Assembly: GCA_965214835.1 (NCBI GenBank)
Contig: CBDCCK010000002.1
Coordinates: 1,216,001 to 1,280,000 of the forward strand
Reading direction: 5' to 3'
DNA length: 64,000 bases
Origin: Nitrosopumilaceae archaeon
GTDB taxonomy: Archaea > Thermoproteota > Nitrososphaeria > Nitrososphaerales > Nitrosopumilaceae
Numbering within the stretch: position 1 is the first letter of the stretch; every line of letters starts with the position of its first letter. The notes under the pieces were generated by a model. That model saw nothing but the letters and a program-made list of their open reading frames with translations, was not told the origin of the DNA and ran no database searches. Of this stretch, positions 1-9,429 are shown piece after piece. The translations under genes and the position numbers were made by a program.

Positions 1-312
1 CAAAGCATCCACACCTCCGCAAGGCGTACAGGAAGGACCCACAAGGGAGAACGCGATAGGCTGCTGCGGTCAGCCCGTCAGGCATCGAAGCAGCCTTGTC
101 GGAAGGAACCCAGGATCTGACGTTAAGATGGGCTCAGCCGCTACACGGTAAATATCATTTCAATCCGGAGAAGATCCAGGTTTCATGCCCCGAAGATTGC
201 ACAGAACCTTTTAACGTCATCCAAGTGTGGGATCCAAAAGGTAGTTTGCCCTCCATTATCTGGCATGATACTCCTCCCCGGCCTGCCCGTCTATGGCCTT
301 TTCTCCCGCAGA

Positions 313-423
313 TGTGACAGGTCGGGCTCTGGAAGTTCAGGCGTGAGCTTTACCGCCAAAGGGACCTTCGCAGATGTAATTCGTGCCTAAAATCATAAAT
401 CACTTCGAGTCCGAGCTGTTACC
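313..423 (-). mobile_element. MITE family G copy (~110 bp)
   Basis: Reverse complement closely matches 16796-16904 (gattttaggcacgaatt..catctgcgaagg..ctttggcggtaa..cacgcctgaacttccagagcccga); imperfect terminal inverted repeats. Confidence 0.7.
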
Positions 424-460
424 CGGTTAGCAGTGTCGCCTGAGGAGTAAACTCCTCTAC
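424..460 (+). repeat. partial MITE family B (right end)
   Basis: agcagtgtcgcc..gagtaaactc matches the right end of the 25860-25950 copy. Confidence 0.5.
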
Positions 461-493
461 CGGCCACCCACGATCCAATTATATCCAAAAACC

Positions 494-1387
494 ATGACAG
501 CATATCGAGTCCAGATGTCCAGGCCCCACAGATACACAGTCAATCCGGAATTTACAAACCTTGAAAAATTCGTCTGGGAGGGCCTCAACAACATCGGCAG
601 ATCCATACCGCAGATAGGGCGGGAGGAAAACCCAGTCATTTCCGGCGACGAATCCAACACAAAATCAATGAACAGCCCAATCTGGCACAGCAAGGCCGAG
701 CTGGATGAATATGTGGCAAGATCACTTGGGATAAACCAGGACGACTATCCAAAGCAAAAGGGAAAGAATCCGTTCTACAAGGCAGTTGCCAACGAGGTGG
801 GAAGACTGCGCAGGGCGGGAATCTTGATAGACTGGAAGCACCTCCAAAAACGAAACACGGGGATGGGGGTGTGGAGGCTCGACAAGCAAAAGCTTGAGAC
901 ATACGCGGATAGGCGTGCAAGGTCGGAGATAAAAAAGAAGAACTTTTACTCTTCGGGGTCAGAGTCGATGGTATACGTCAGGGCAAAGCAGGATGCCTTT
1001 CGAAGCGAGCTCTTGGCAGAATATGGAAAAAAATGCGCCCTGTGCGGGTTCATGATGCCCGAGTACACGATAGGCGCCCACATCGTCCCCTATTCCGTGA
1101 TGCGCGTCCAAGAGCCCCAAAACGCCATGAATCCTTCCAACGGGCTGCTGCTTTGCAGGTTCTGCGATGTCGCCTTTGAGAATGGGACAATAACAGTTGA
1201 GCAGGATCTGGGCATAAGCATATCCGAGCTGCTCAGGGATCGAAGGGAGGAGATCATAAAGAGGTGGATTGCGCCGATACCTCCCGAGCTGCGCATAAAA
1301 AAGAGTGCCAAGTACCCACCGGATTCAAGATTTCTGAAATGGAAAAAGGATCTGCTGGAAATAAAGGAAGGCCATGACAGAGGGTGA
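494..1387 (+). CDS. HNH endonuclease (HNH_2-type) with N-terminal winged-helix-like domain; putative modification-dependent restriction enzyme
   Basis: C-terminal RxxQxxFR..CALCG..AHIVP..NGLLLCxxCD motif; N-terminal domain shared with 4951-6360. Confidence 0.8.
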   Translation: MTAYRVQMSRPHRYTVNPEFTNLEKFVWEGLNNIGRSIPQIGREENPVISGDESNTKSMNSPIWHSKAELDEYVARSLGINQDDYPKQKGKNPFYKAVANEVGRLRRAGILIDWKHLQKRNTGMGVWRLDKQKLETYADRRARSEIKKKNFYSSGSESMVYVRAKQDAFRSELLAEYGKKCALCGFMMPEYTIGAHIVPYSVMRVQEPQNAMNPSNGLLLCRFCDVAFENGTITVEQDLGISISELLRDRREEIIKRWIAPIPPELRIKKSAKYPPDSRFLKWKKDLLEIKEGHDRG

Positions 1388-1780
1388 TCTCAAAAAGCCT
1401 GCAGTAAAATTGAGAGCATCCAAGGTGATCAAGACAAAGAGCATATGCGGATCAAAGGAATATGGCGATGGCCCAAGGGTTCTGATAACGAGGTACTATC
1501 CCAGAGGCGTCAAAAAAACCCACTTTGACAGGTGGATGAGGGAGCCTGCGCCCAGCCGGGAACTGTTGCGCAGATACAAGAACGGGCAAAGTCAGCTGGG
1601 CGGATCCTGCGCTGCCATTCAAGCTCGGGCTGCAGGAGAACCAAAACAGCATCAATACCATCAAGTCACCGAAGGCAGAATCAGGACATTTCCATGTAAC
1701 TCTGCTGTGCTATGAGCCGGCGGGCGCCCTGCCACAGGCACCTGCTAAAAGAGATCATTGGGAACCCGGGCCTTCTAAAT
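1374..1780 (+). pseudogene. DUF488/YeaO-family protein, frameshifted
   Basis: DGPRVLITRYYPRGVKK..W.REPAPSRELL in the first frame; VTLLCYE and PCHRHLLKEII continue in other frames. Confidence 0.7.
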
Positions 1781-1972
1781 GCCGATTTTGTGCGAGTATG
1801 CTTATTGCCACAAGTAGCGATGGGAAAACATGCCGCATGCAAGCTTGCATCGCATCCTGATTCTCCAGTGTGGATGCTTTCCCACACCCACTCGGCATTG
1901 TCGGGGTTTTTTCTAATCCATTTGTAAGCCCACCGCTCAAGTCTGCTGGCCGGGCGCATGCAGACCCACGCC

Positions 1973-2065
1973 GTAAGAGTCTAGCCCCCCTAGGCGACAC
2001 TGCGGGTTCGGGCCTTGATCACCGATGCCTACACTGCTGTATCTTCTGGAGTGGCAAACTCTTAC
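1973..2065 (-). mobile_element. MITE family B
   Basis: Termini gtaagagt...actcttac; reverse complement similar to 25860-25950 and 58159-58249. Confidence 0.75.
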
Positions 2066-2131
2066 CCCCACACCGCCGCATTTGCTTTTATCGCCTGACT
2101 AAAATAGCCCCCAAAAAAAACAGCACTTAGA

Positions 2132-3391
2132 TTGAATCGGCGACTGGCAAACTTCTCCAAGACTGCCGGGCCCGGGATTTTGTTTGCATGTACTGCCATA
2201 GGCGTATCCCACCTAGTACAGTCGACCCGTGCCGGCGCCGAGTTTGGCCTGATGCTGATCGGCTTTGTAATGCTTGCCAACATCCTAAAGTATCCGTTCT
2301 TTGAGTACGGCTCAAGATATGCAAGCGCGACGGGCACCAGCATCATTGACGGATACCAGAAACTGGGAAAAGGCGCGCTGTGGCTTTACTTTGCAATCAC
2401 GGTCGCCTCGATGTTCTTTGTCACCGGTGCCGTGGGATTTGTAACTGCCGGGTTCTTCCAGAACCTGTTCCAGGTCGGGTTTCTTCAGGAATGGACCATC
2501 GTCATCTTGTTTGCAGTATGCGTCCTGATTCTGGCCGTAGGCAGGTACGGCGCGCTGGACGGCATCATCAAGATCATCGCCATCGTGCTGCTGATCTCGA
2601 CAGTCTCTGCGTTCTTGTTTGCGGTATGGAACGGCCCGGCCACCCCCGTGGAGGGGTTTGCCCCTAGGGAGCTGTGGGATGATGCGGGAATCTTCTTCCT
2701 GCTGGCACTGATGGGGTGGATGCCGACTGCACTGGATCTTTCCAGCTGGAACAGCCTGTGGACCTTGGAGAGGATGAGGCAGACAGGATACAGGCCAAAA
2801 CTCGGCGAGACCCTCTTTGAGTTCCGGATAGCCTATGTCATAACTGCCGCACTAGCAGTGATGTTCGTCACGCTGGGCTCCCACATCTTCTTTGGCTCCG
2901 GCGAGGAGCTCTCAAACAACAACGCGGACTTTGCCCAGCAGATAGTCACGCTGTACACGCAGACCATTGGCCAGTGGAGCTATATCATCATCTCGGCATC
3001 TGCCTTTACCGTGATGTTTGGAACCATAATAGCAGTCTTTGACGGGTATTCCCGTTCCCTCAGGCGCACGACGGAGCTGCTGTTTGCAAGGAGTCACTCC
3101 GTCAGGACCAGGCCCAGGGCGGTGAGCGCCGCGTTCCTGTTGGTGCTGGCAGCCGGCTCCCTGATCGTCGTATTCTGGTTCGGAAACAACCTGCGCGAGC
3201 TGGTGGACTTTGCAACGGTCCTCTCCTTTGTGATTGCGCCGGTAATCGCAGTCTTTAACCTCAGGCTGGTGACGGGCAGGCACCTTGAGAAGGCCTTCAG
3301 GCCCCCCATTCCGTTGAAGATCCTAAGCTACGGGGGCATTGCATTCCTGGTGGGCTTTGCCGCAGTCTTTGTCATCACCCGGTTCAGCTGA
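2132..3391 (+). CDS. NRAMP-like divalent metal / APC-superfamily transporter
   Basis: GPGILFACTAIGVSHLVQSTRAGA N-terminal motif; about 11 hydrophobic helices. Confidence 0.8.
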   Translation: MNRRLANFSKTAGPGILFACTAIGVSHLVQSTRAGAEFGLMLIGFVMLANILKYPFFEYGSRYASATGTSIIDGYQKLGKGALWLYFAITVASMFFVTGAVGFVTAGFFQNLFQVGFLQEWTIVILFAVCVLILAVGRYGALDGIIKIIAIVLLISTVSAFLFAVWNGPATPVEGFAPRELWDDAGIFFLLALMGWMPTALDLSSWNSLWTLERMRQTGYRPKLGETLFEFRIAYVITAALAVMFVTLGSHIFFGSGEELSNNNADFAQQIVTLYTQTIGQWSYIIISASAFTVMFGTIIAVFDGYSRSLRRTTELLFARSHSVRTRPRAVSAAFLLVLAAGSLIVVFWFGNNLRELVDFATVLSFVIAPVIAVFNLRLVTGRHLEKAFRPPIPLKILSYGGIAFLVGFAAVFVITRFS

Positions 3392-3576
3392 TCTCCTTGG
3401 CCCTTTCTCAGCATGAACCGGCGGTTTTCTTGTGAGCGGTTTGAGCAAAACGCTGCGCATCCATGCCGGAAAGCAATATCGTGGACGGTTCATAAAGGCC
3501 GCGTGAACGTCCAAATTTTTTACCAGCTTGCCAAGCCAGCTGATAGATGATGTGATTTTTGCAAGTATTTTGATCC

Positions 3577-3667
3577 GTACGAGGTCAAGTCCCCTACGGG
3601 CCATGCATGAAAATCACTGTTGCATGTAAATTCATGCCTGATTGGCAAAGGGGATGTGACCTCGTAC
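3577..3667. mobile_element. MITE family A
   Basis: TIR gtacgaggtca...tgacctcgtac; similar to five other copies; target duplication not preserved. Confidence 0.8.
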
Positions 3668-3733
3668 GCTTGTCAATATGTGCGGCCACCTGTCCTTAAC
3701 CAATTGGGCATGGCTTTGTGATTGCCATGCCTA

Positions 3734-4839
3734 TAGCAACGGTCACAAGTAATTGAGGGCTTTGACCGGCGATCTGTAAATGTACTTGTACATGCAAAGG
3801 TGGGCAAATGACACCGTCCTATAATATTCGGATATGGTGTGCCGCAGCTCGCTGATCCTTCTGTACACTATCCCCCTGAAAACAAAATGTTTGCCCAGGT
3901 TCCAGCATTCTTCCACGATATTGAGGTACGGCGATCCTTTCGGAATCATTATCAGTCTGACGTCGGGATGGCCCGCCAGATATTCTGCGACATCAGTAGA
4001 TCTGTGCACACTCCACCTATCGCAAAAGACTGCAACCTTGCCAAACTTGATGCGCAGCGCCTCCAGACATTCTATGAACTGCACCGACGTAAACGATCCC
4101 GTAAACGTCCTGAATAGCCTTCTGCCGTCTTCTGCGATGCTTCCAAACACGGCCACCTTTGTGTGGTCCCCCGAATACGATGCCACGCTTCTGGTGCCGA
4201 CCGGACCCCACACGTATCTGTCGTATGCGCCCTGCACGAAGAACGCCTCATCAGATGACACCAGCGTAAAACCGTCGTTTTTCAGGCACGGAATCCGCAC
4301 GTTTTCAAGGTATCGCTGCCACGAGTATACCGAGCTTGGGGTGGCATGGTTGACATGTATGTTTTGCACCTTGCGGCGCGACAGGCCGTGCTGGCACATC
4401 AGTCTTCGGACATGCTCTATGCTGTATTCTATCCCGGTGGCATTCCTTATGTCATCGCGTACCGTCATGACATCGGTACTTTTGCATGCAGTGGACAGAT
4501 CCATTATGGCTGCAATACTTTCTCTGTCCACCTTTGATCTGCATCCGGAACGGGGAAGATCCCGGAGACCGTCTATGCCGCCCTCCGAAAACCTCGCCAG
4601 CCAGTTGCGCACGGAATTCTCACTGCACCGGATCTTTCTTGCAGTCTCGGGTACGCCCATGTCGTCTTCTAGCACAAACATCAGCGCCATGATCTTCTTG
4701 TAGACTTTGACATCCTTTTCTTTGCGCATGGCCTCTGACAGAATGTCTGTTTCTTTTGTCATACATACTGCGCCAGTTACGTGATCATTATACCTTTCGA
4801 ATGACCTTGTTTTGGCTCAAAGACTTATGCTCGTTGCTA
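3734..4839 (-). mobile_element. IS630-family insertion sequence
   Basis: Imperfect TIR (ta)tagcaacg...cgttgcta(ta) with TA duplication, enclosing a transposase. Confidence 0.85.
3743..4762 (-). CDS. IS630/Tc1-family DDE transposase
   Basis: N-terminal HTH (VRNWLARF..GIDGLRDLPRSG); SDEA, FCD..SVH and SPYLNIVEECW motifs. Confidence 0.9.
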   Translation of the reverse strand: MTKETDILSEAMRKEKDVKVYKKIMALMFVLEDDMGVPETARKIRCSENSVRNWLARFSEGGIDGLRDLPRSGCRSKVDRESIAAIMDLSTACKSTDVMTVRDDIRNATGIEYSIEHVRRLMCQHGLSRRKVQNIHVNHATPSSVYSWQRYLENVRIPCLKNDGFTLVSSDEAFFVQGAYDRYVWGPVGTRSVASYSGDHTKVAVFGSIAEDGRRLFRTFTGSFTSVQFIECLEALRIKFGKVAVFCDRWSVHRSTDVAEYLAGHPDVRLIMIPKGSPYLNIVEECWNLGKHFVFRGIVYRRISELRHTISEYYRTVSFAHLCMYKYIYRSPVKALNYL

Positions 4840-4950
4840 TAGTGAGGGGATGTCGCACCATGCCTTGGATCCTATCTGGGATTATATTTGCAGCGGCCCC
4901 TCCATTGCAGTGCACGCCAAGAGCCTTTACGCTTGGCGCAGGACTGAACA

Positions 4951-6360
4951 CTATCCTGTCCACGTCCCAAACCCGTATTCATGACATATTTTATAGTGGC
5001 CGTGTATCTCGTCTTGCCACCTCCCCTTGATGGACAGCCGGCGAAGGGACTTTTCCATCATGGCCATCTTTGCCGAGTATTGATAATCCCTCTCGATCAG
5101 GTGCTCTACAAATGGCTCCCTTGGCAGCGCGCTGCTCTTGTCCAGGTTGCACTCTGCACATGCGAGAACCAGGTTCCATGCATTGTTGTCAAATATGTAA
5201 GACCACGGGATAAAATGATCCACGTGGACGCTGCCGGCCTCCAGTGTTCCATTGCAGTAAAAGCAGTGCCCAGAGTGTTCCAGAAAGGCCTTCTTGTACT
5301 TTGTGAGCGGGCCTCGTTTGGCCTCCTCGTCGTCGATCTTTGCGGCAAGCATGGGAAGCCCGTGGTTTACGCGTTCGAGATAGCGGATCCATTCTGCAAG
5401 GAGCGCGCGCGTCAGCAGTCCGTAGTTCTGCCTGAAAAAGTCATGCGCCTCGGGCCTTAGGAATATCTTTTTTTCCTCGTCGTCATAGTCATAGAAAATG
5501 TTGGTGTCACGCGTCGTCTTTCCGACTACGATCTTCTGGAACCTCTGTACGACCATCCCCTTCTTCTTCTTGGCCGGGCCAAAGATGTTCTCAAGTATCT
5601 TCTTCCTTGCTATTCTCAGATCGTCTTGGCTAAGCCGCTTGAACTTTTGCGGGGGCTTTTCCCCAAACGTATCCTCCAGTATCTGCATCACCACGGGGGT
5701 CTTTTTGGTGTGAAAGTCCTGCTTCATCCTGAATCTGTATTTCTGATACCAGTAGTGCTTGAGAAACTCCCCGGCAAGATAGTCGTAGGGTATCTCGCTG
5801 GTTCTGCCCGTGGCCGGGTTGTTCTTGCAATAGTCAAGGATGGTCTTTCCCAGGGCAAACTTGTACGTGTTGTCCTTTTTCCCCTTGGATATTATCGACA
5901 AAAAGGCCGTTTTCATGCTCATGTCAACCTCGGGAGGGGGCACTCCTTGGCTCCTGGACATCCCAACTACGGGCGCACTCACCGGAATGTCCGGATCTTC
6001 CAGCCGCATCAGCGTGGTCCGCTTTTTGCTGCTCCAGTCCGCAATGATCCCCTTTTTACGGAGCTTTATCAGCTCCCTGCTTGTGGTTATTCTCAGATCA
6101 TCTGACTTTCTGCCTTCCCCCCACAGGGAGGGCGGTAGGTGCAGCTGGCCTGCCACCCATTCATCCAGATCACTCTTCTTGTGCCATACCGGACGATCGC
6201 CATACGGCAGCTGCCGCTTGTCGCCTGCATGATGTCTGCTGCCAAGCTCGTCTATCGTCTTGCCCCCGTGCTTTAAGCGATGCAGGATTATGCCCGGGAC
6301 GGCCATGCGTTGCTCGATGCTCAGGGATTTTGATGCCATACGGTATGGTGGTAGCTGCAT
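4951..6360 (-). CDS. HNH endonuclease with TYKFAL central domain and N-terminal winged-helix-like domain
   Basis: CFYC..HVDHFIPWS..NLVLACAECN..KS HNH motif; NTYKFAL motif. Confidence 0.85.
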   Translation of the reverse strand: MQLPPYRMASKSLSIEQRMAVPGIILHRLKHGGKTIDELGSRHHAGDKRQLPYGDRPVWHKKSDLDEWVAGQLHLPPSLWGEGRKSDDLRITTSRELIKLRKKGIIADWSSKKRTTLMRLEDPDIPVSAPVVGMSRSQGVPPPEVDMSMKTAFLSIISKGKKDNTYKFALGKTILDYCKNNPATGRTSEIPYDYLAGEFLKHYWYQKYRFRMKQDFHTKKTPVVMQILEDTFGEKPPQKFKRLSQDDLRIARKKILENIFGPAKKKKGMVVQRFQKIVVGKTTRDTNIFYDYDDEEKKIFLRPEAHDFFRQNYGLLTRALLAEWIRYLERVNHGLPMLAAKIDDEEAKRGPLTKYKKAFLEHSGHCFYCNGTLEAGSVHVDHFIPWSYIFDNNAWNLVLACAECNLDKSSALPREPFVEHLIERDYQYSAKMAMMEKSLRRLSIKGRWQDEIHGHYKICHEYGFGTWTG

Positions 6361-6428
6361 GAAATAAGAGTTTCAGGCCCAGGCGTATCCCGTTGTCCCT
6401 GCACTGGGTAAAAACGGACTCTGCAAGC

Positions 6429-6950
6429 CTATCTTACCTTTCTGACCAGCGTGAACCGGCACCGCTCGGGATCGATCTCCTCGTGCATCTGCACGTTGCT
6501 GATGATTTTGACCTGAAAGTCAAGCCATCTTGAATACATCCCACGGCGCCCCTCGTCGTCCTCGACCGTCCCCTCTTTTTCAAAAGGCACCTCAAAGCTG
6601 GCAATATACCTTGAGGAGATCCTGTACATCTCTTCTGTCATTTTTCTGGCGTGGGCATCATCCAGACAGCTGAAGAACTTGTGGGTAAACACAAAGTCAA
6701 ACCGGCCCCCTGCATACGGCGTCTCCAGAGGGCTGCCCTGCCTGAACTCAAATGACGGGTACCTCTCGATGATCCTTTCGAGCGTCCGGGGATCCTGTGT
6801 TATTCCGGACACATCCATACCTTGGGAAAACCCTGAAAGATCCTCCGCATAGCAGCATCCTGCATACAGGATCTTCGTAGTATTCAGGGAGGCTGCCAGA
6901 TCCCTGACGAATCTGGAGAACTCGTTGGTTTTCATAGTTCGTGACTGCAC
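6429..6950 (-). CDS. class I SAM-dependent methyltransferase-like protein
   Basis: Degenerate motif I (ILYAGC), FDFVFT motif, EMYRIS. Confidence 0.6.
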   Translation of the reverse strand: MQSRTMKTNEFSRFVRDLAASLNTTKILYAGCCYAEDLSGFSQGMDVSGITQDPRTLERIIERYPSFEFRQGSPLETPYAGGRFDFVFTHKFFSCLDDAHARKMTEEMYRISSRYIASFEVPFEKEGTVEDDEGRRGMYSRWLDFQVKIISNVQMHEEIDPERCRFTLVRKVR

Positions 6951-7108
6951 CTGCAGGCTATCATTTTAGTATCAAAGGTGCAGTCGTGCGGGCCCTCTGA
7001 CCTTGCAGTCGTGGGGATCTCCCCCATGCAGTCGTCATGGCGGCCCTTTTTGCAAAACCAGCAGATGTCCGGTGCCCGGCTGCCGGTACACGAGTCCATC
7101 TTGGCCAT
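6932..7108 (-). CDS. small Cys/His-rich (zinc-binding) hypothetical protein
   Basis: CWFC..H..C..HDC..CRCSH; packed between ilvE and the methyltransferase-like gene. Confidence 0.55.
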   Translation of the reverse strand: MAKMDSCTGSRAPDICWFCKKGRHDDCMGEIPTTARSEGPHDCTFDTKMIACRCSHEL

Positions 7109-7116
7109 GGCCTGTC

Positions 7117-8031
7117 CTAGACGTATGTAAGCCACGGAAGGAACCTGTCGTCCCTGCCCATGGCCGCGTCCATGAATGATTCCTGCAGCGTCTTTGTGAT
7201 GCTGCCCACCCTGTCGTTTCCAATCTTTACTGCATCAATCTGGGTTACTGACTTTACCTCCGCTGCCGTCCCGCTCATGAAGATCTCGTCGGCATCATAC
7301 AGGTCGTCGCGCTCCAGATCCGTCTCTATGACATATCCGCCGTTCTCCTCGATTATCTGAATGATGCTGTCCCTTGTAATGCCCTCCAAGATTCCAGCCG
7401 ACGGCGGCGGAGTGAGTACCTCGCCATTTTTTACGATGAAGATGTTCTCCGCACTGCCTTCGGCAACCTTTCCGTGATAGTTTAGCATTATGGCCTCGTC
7501 ATACCCGTCATTTAGCGCCTCGACCCTGGCCAGCGCCGCGTTTGCATAGTTTGATGCGGCCTTTGCCCTCATCGGCTGCGCCCTGGAATCGATCTTCAGC
7601 CAGCTGGATACCTTGCATCTTGCGCCGGAGAACTTTCCGGCCCTTGACTCGCCCATCCTCCACTCCCAGCAGGAGACCGACAGATCTACCTTGTTGGGCG
7701 ACGGGGTGAGGCCCATTTCACCGTATCCATAGTATGCAAGCGGCCTGATGTAGCATTCCCTCAGCTTGCTGGCCTTCACCGTCTGAATTATGGCCTCGGT
7801 CACCTGCTTTTTTGAGTACCGCATCTTCATAGAGTACAGCTTTGCAGACTTGAAAAGGCGATCCACGTGTTCGGACAGCCTGAATATAGCAGGGCCCTTT
7901 GGAGTATCATAGCACCGTATGCCCTCAAAGACCGAGGTTGAATAGTGCAGGGCATGGGTCAGGACATGGACCTTGGCATTCCTGAACGGCACCAGCCTGC
8001 CGTTCATCCAAATCCTGCCGGTCTCTTTCAT
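7117..8031 (-). CDS. ilvE: branched-chain amino acid aminotransferase (class IV PLP)
   Basis: HALHYSTSVFEGIR, YIRP, EGSAENIF, ILEGITR, SGTAAEV. Confidence 0.92.
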   Translation of the reverse strand: MKETGRIWMNGRLVPFRNAKVHVLTHALHYSTSVFEGIRCYDTPKGPAIFRLSEHVDRLFKSAKLYSMKMRYSKKQVTEAIIQTVKASKLRECYIRPLAYYGYGEMGLTPSPNKVDLSVSCWEWRMGESRAGKFSGARCKVSSWLKIDSRAQPMRAKAASNYANAALARVEALNDGYDEAIMLNYHGKVAEGSAENIFIVKNGEVLTPPPSAGILEGITRDSIIQIIEENGGYVIETDLERDDLYDADEIFMSGTAAEVKSVTQIDAVKIGNDRVGSITKTLQESFMDAAMGRDDRFLPWLTYV

Positions 8032-8109
8032 GTGGTGAGAAAAGACCCTGGCAATTTAAGTAATTGTCTTGTGCAATAGGTACTTTAGCAGCCGTCTGGT
8101 ATTTCTGAT

Positions 8110-8313
8110 GTGGAGCCGGTCTTTGCATTTGCCGCAATCGCCCTGCTGATAATCGGTCTCGTTGGACAGGGATTTGAGATGAGGAGGATCAGACAGTCTG
8201 CCCTGCGCGATGAGGATGCCGCCTCGCCGAACATATTCACAGACAAGCGAAACATAAAGTGGTATGCAGTAATCGGCGCAGGCATGGCGCTGTGGTACGT
8301 GGGCGGGGGATAG
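8110..8313 (+). CDS. small two-TM membrane protein
   Basis: Two hydrophobic segments around GQGFEMRRIR..NIFTDKRN; divergent from ilvE. Confidence 0.65.
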   Translation: MEPVFAFAAIALLIIGLVGQGFEMRRIRQSALRDEDAASPNIFTDKRNIKWYAVIGAGMALWYVGGG

Positions 8314-8370
8314 ATCCGTGCGGATCACGGGCCCGCATCCGGCCTTTCAGGCACAACCCTGCCGTCTGAC
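8311..8370 (+). repeat. ~60 bp repeat, inverted copy at 10992-11051
   Basis: Reverse complement tgtcagacggcagggttgtgcctgaaaggccggatg.. aligns with tgccaaacggcagggttgtgcttgaaaagccggatg.. Confidence 0.65.
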
Positions 8371-8545
8371 ATCATCATTGATTGGCGTTGAGCGGTTTTC
8401 CCTGGTTTTTGCAGCCATCCTGGATAGTGCAGTTTGCGCTCTGGCCCGCCTTGTCAGATAGCTTTTCTGAGATACCTGGTCTGAATTGTTCCGGATTTGG
8501 AATCGTTTTATGTGACGCTCCTAGGAGTACTGTGGAGGATGTCTA

Positions 8546-9429
8546 TTGAAGCTTGATGTGATCTATCACGATGACTGTCTCCGACGACTAGGGAAAATCC
8601 CCGACAAATCAATAGATCTTGTGGTGACCTCACCCCCATATGCGGACAACAGGAAGGGTGCATATCGGGGCATTCCGATCTCCGAGTACACAGGGTGGTT
8701 CCTTCCCATATCGATGGAGATCTTCAGGGTTCTAAAAAATGACGGATCGTTTGTACTCAACATAAAGGAGCGGACCGTGGACGGGGAGCGCGGAACATAT
8801 GTTGTAGAACTCATCCTGAAAATGCGACATCAGGGATGGTTGTGGATCGAGGAATACGTTTGGCATAAAAAGAACTGCTATCCGGGAAAGTGGCCTAATC
8901 GGTTTAGGGACGCCTGGGAGAGGTGTCTGCACTTTACAAAACAGAAAAAATTTAGGATGTACCAAAATGCTGTGAGGGTTCCGGTGGGGGAGTGGGCAAG
9001 CAAGCGATTTGCTAACTTGTCTGAGACGGATATGATGCGAGATGAGGCGAAAAACGATAGTGGCTTTGGCAAGAATGTATCCACCGGACGGGACGACACG
9101 CTGCATATCCTACCAACGTGATACACCTAGCCACAGAGTGCAGAAACGTAGGGCACAGCGCAGCGTTTCCAGTGCCGCTTCCAAGCTGGTTCATCAGGCT
9201 ATTTACCAAGAAAGGCGATGTTGTCTTGGATCCATTCATGGGTTCGGGGACTACGGCAGTAGCATCCATGCAGCTTGGCAGATCGTTTATTGGAATGGAG
9301 GCAGAAGAACAGTTTTACAAGGAATCGATACAAAGAATACAAAGGGCAGCAAAGACAACAAAGAATTTCAAGGTAAACAACAACTCTACAAAATATCAGT
9401 TAACTATGCTGGCGGGTAAAAGTTCTTGA
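8546..9429 (+). pseudogene. beta-class N4C/N6A DNA methyltransferase, single frameshift near 9085
   Basis: TSPPY catalytic motif in 8546-9121; HSAAFP and VLDPFMGSGTT SAM-binding motif in 9118-9429; YPTNVIHL bridges in the second frame. Confidence 0.85.

Noticed and set aside
1-317. ORF 96-317 and upstream sequence
   Set aside because: No recognisable motif in the frames examined; may be a relic cut by the window edge
3411-3690. Further possible short inverted-repeat elements (atgaaccg..cggttcat; ggccgc..gcggcc) around MITE A
   Set aside because: TIRs of only 6-8 bp and no second copy found in the window
3834-4703. Long antisense ORF (also 11828-12616, 21312-21998, 53431-54300 and similar)
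   Set aside because: Shadow frames of well-supported genes in GC-rich DNA
7117-8031. Two ilvE paralogues in one window
   Set aside because: Both look intact and sit among core genes; paralogous class IV aminotransferases are ordinary
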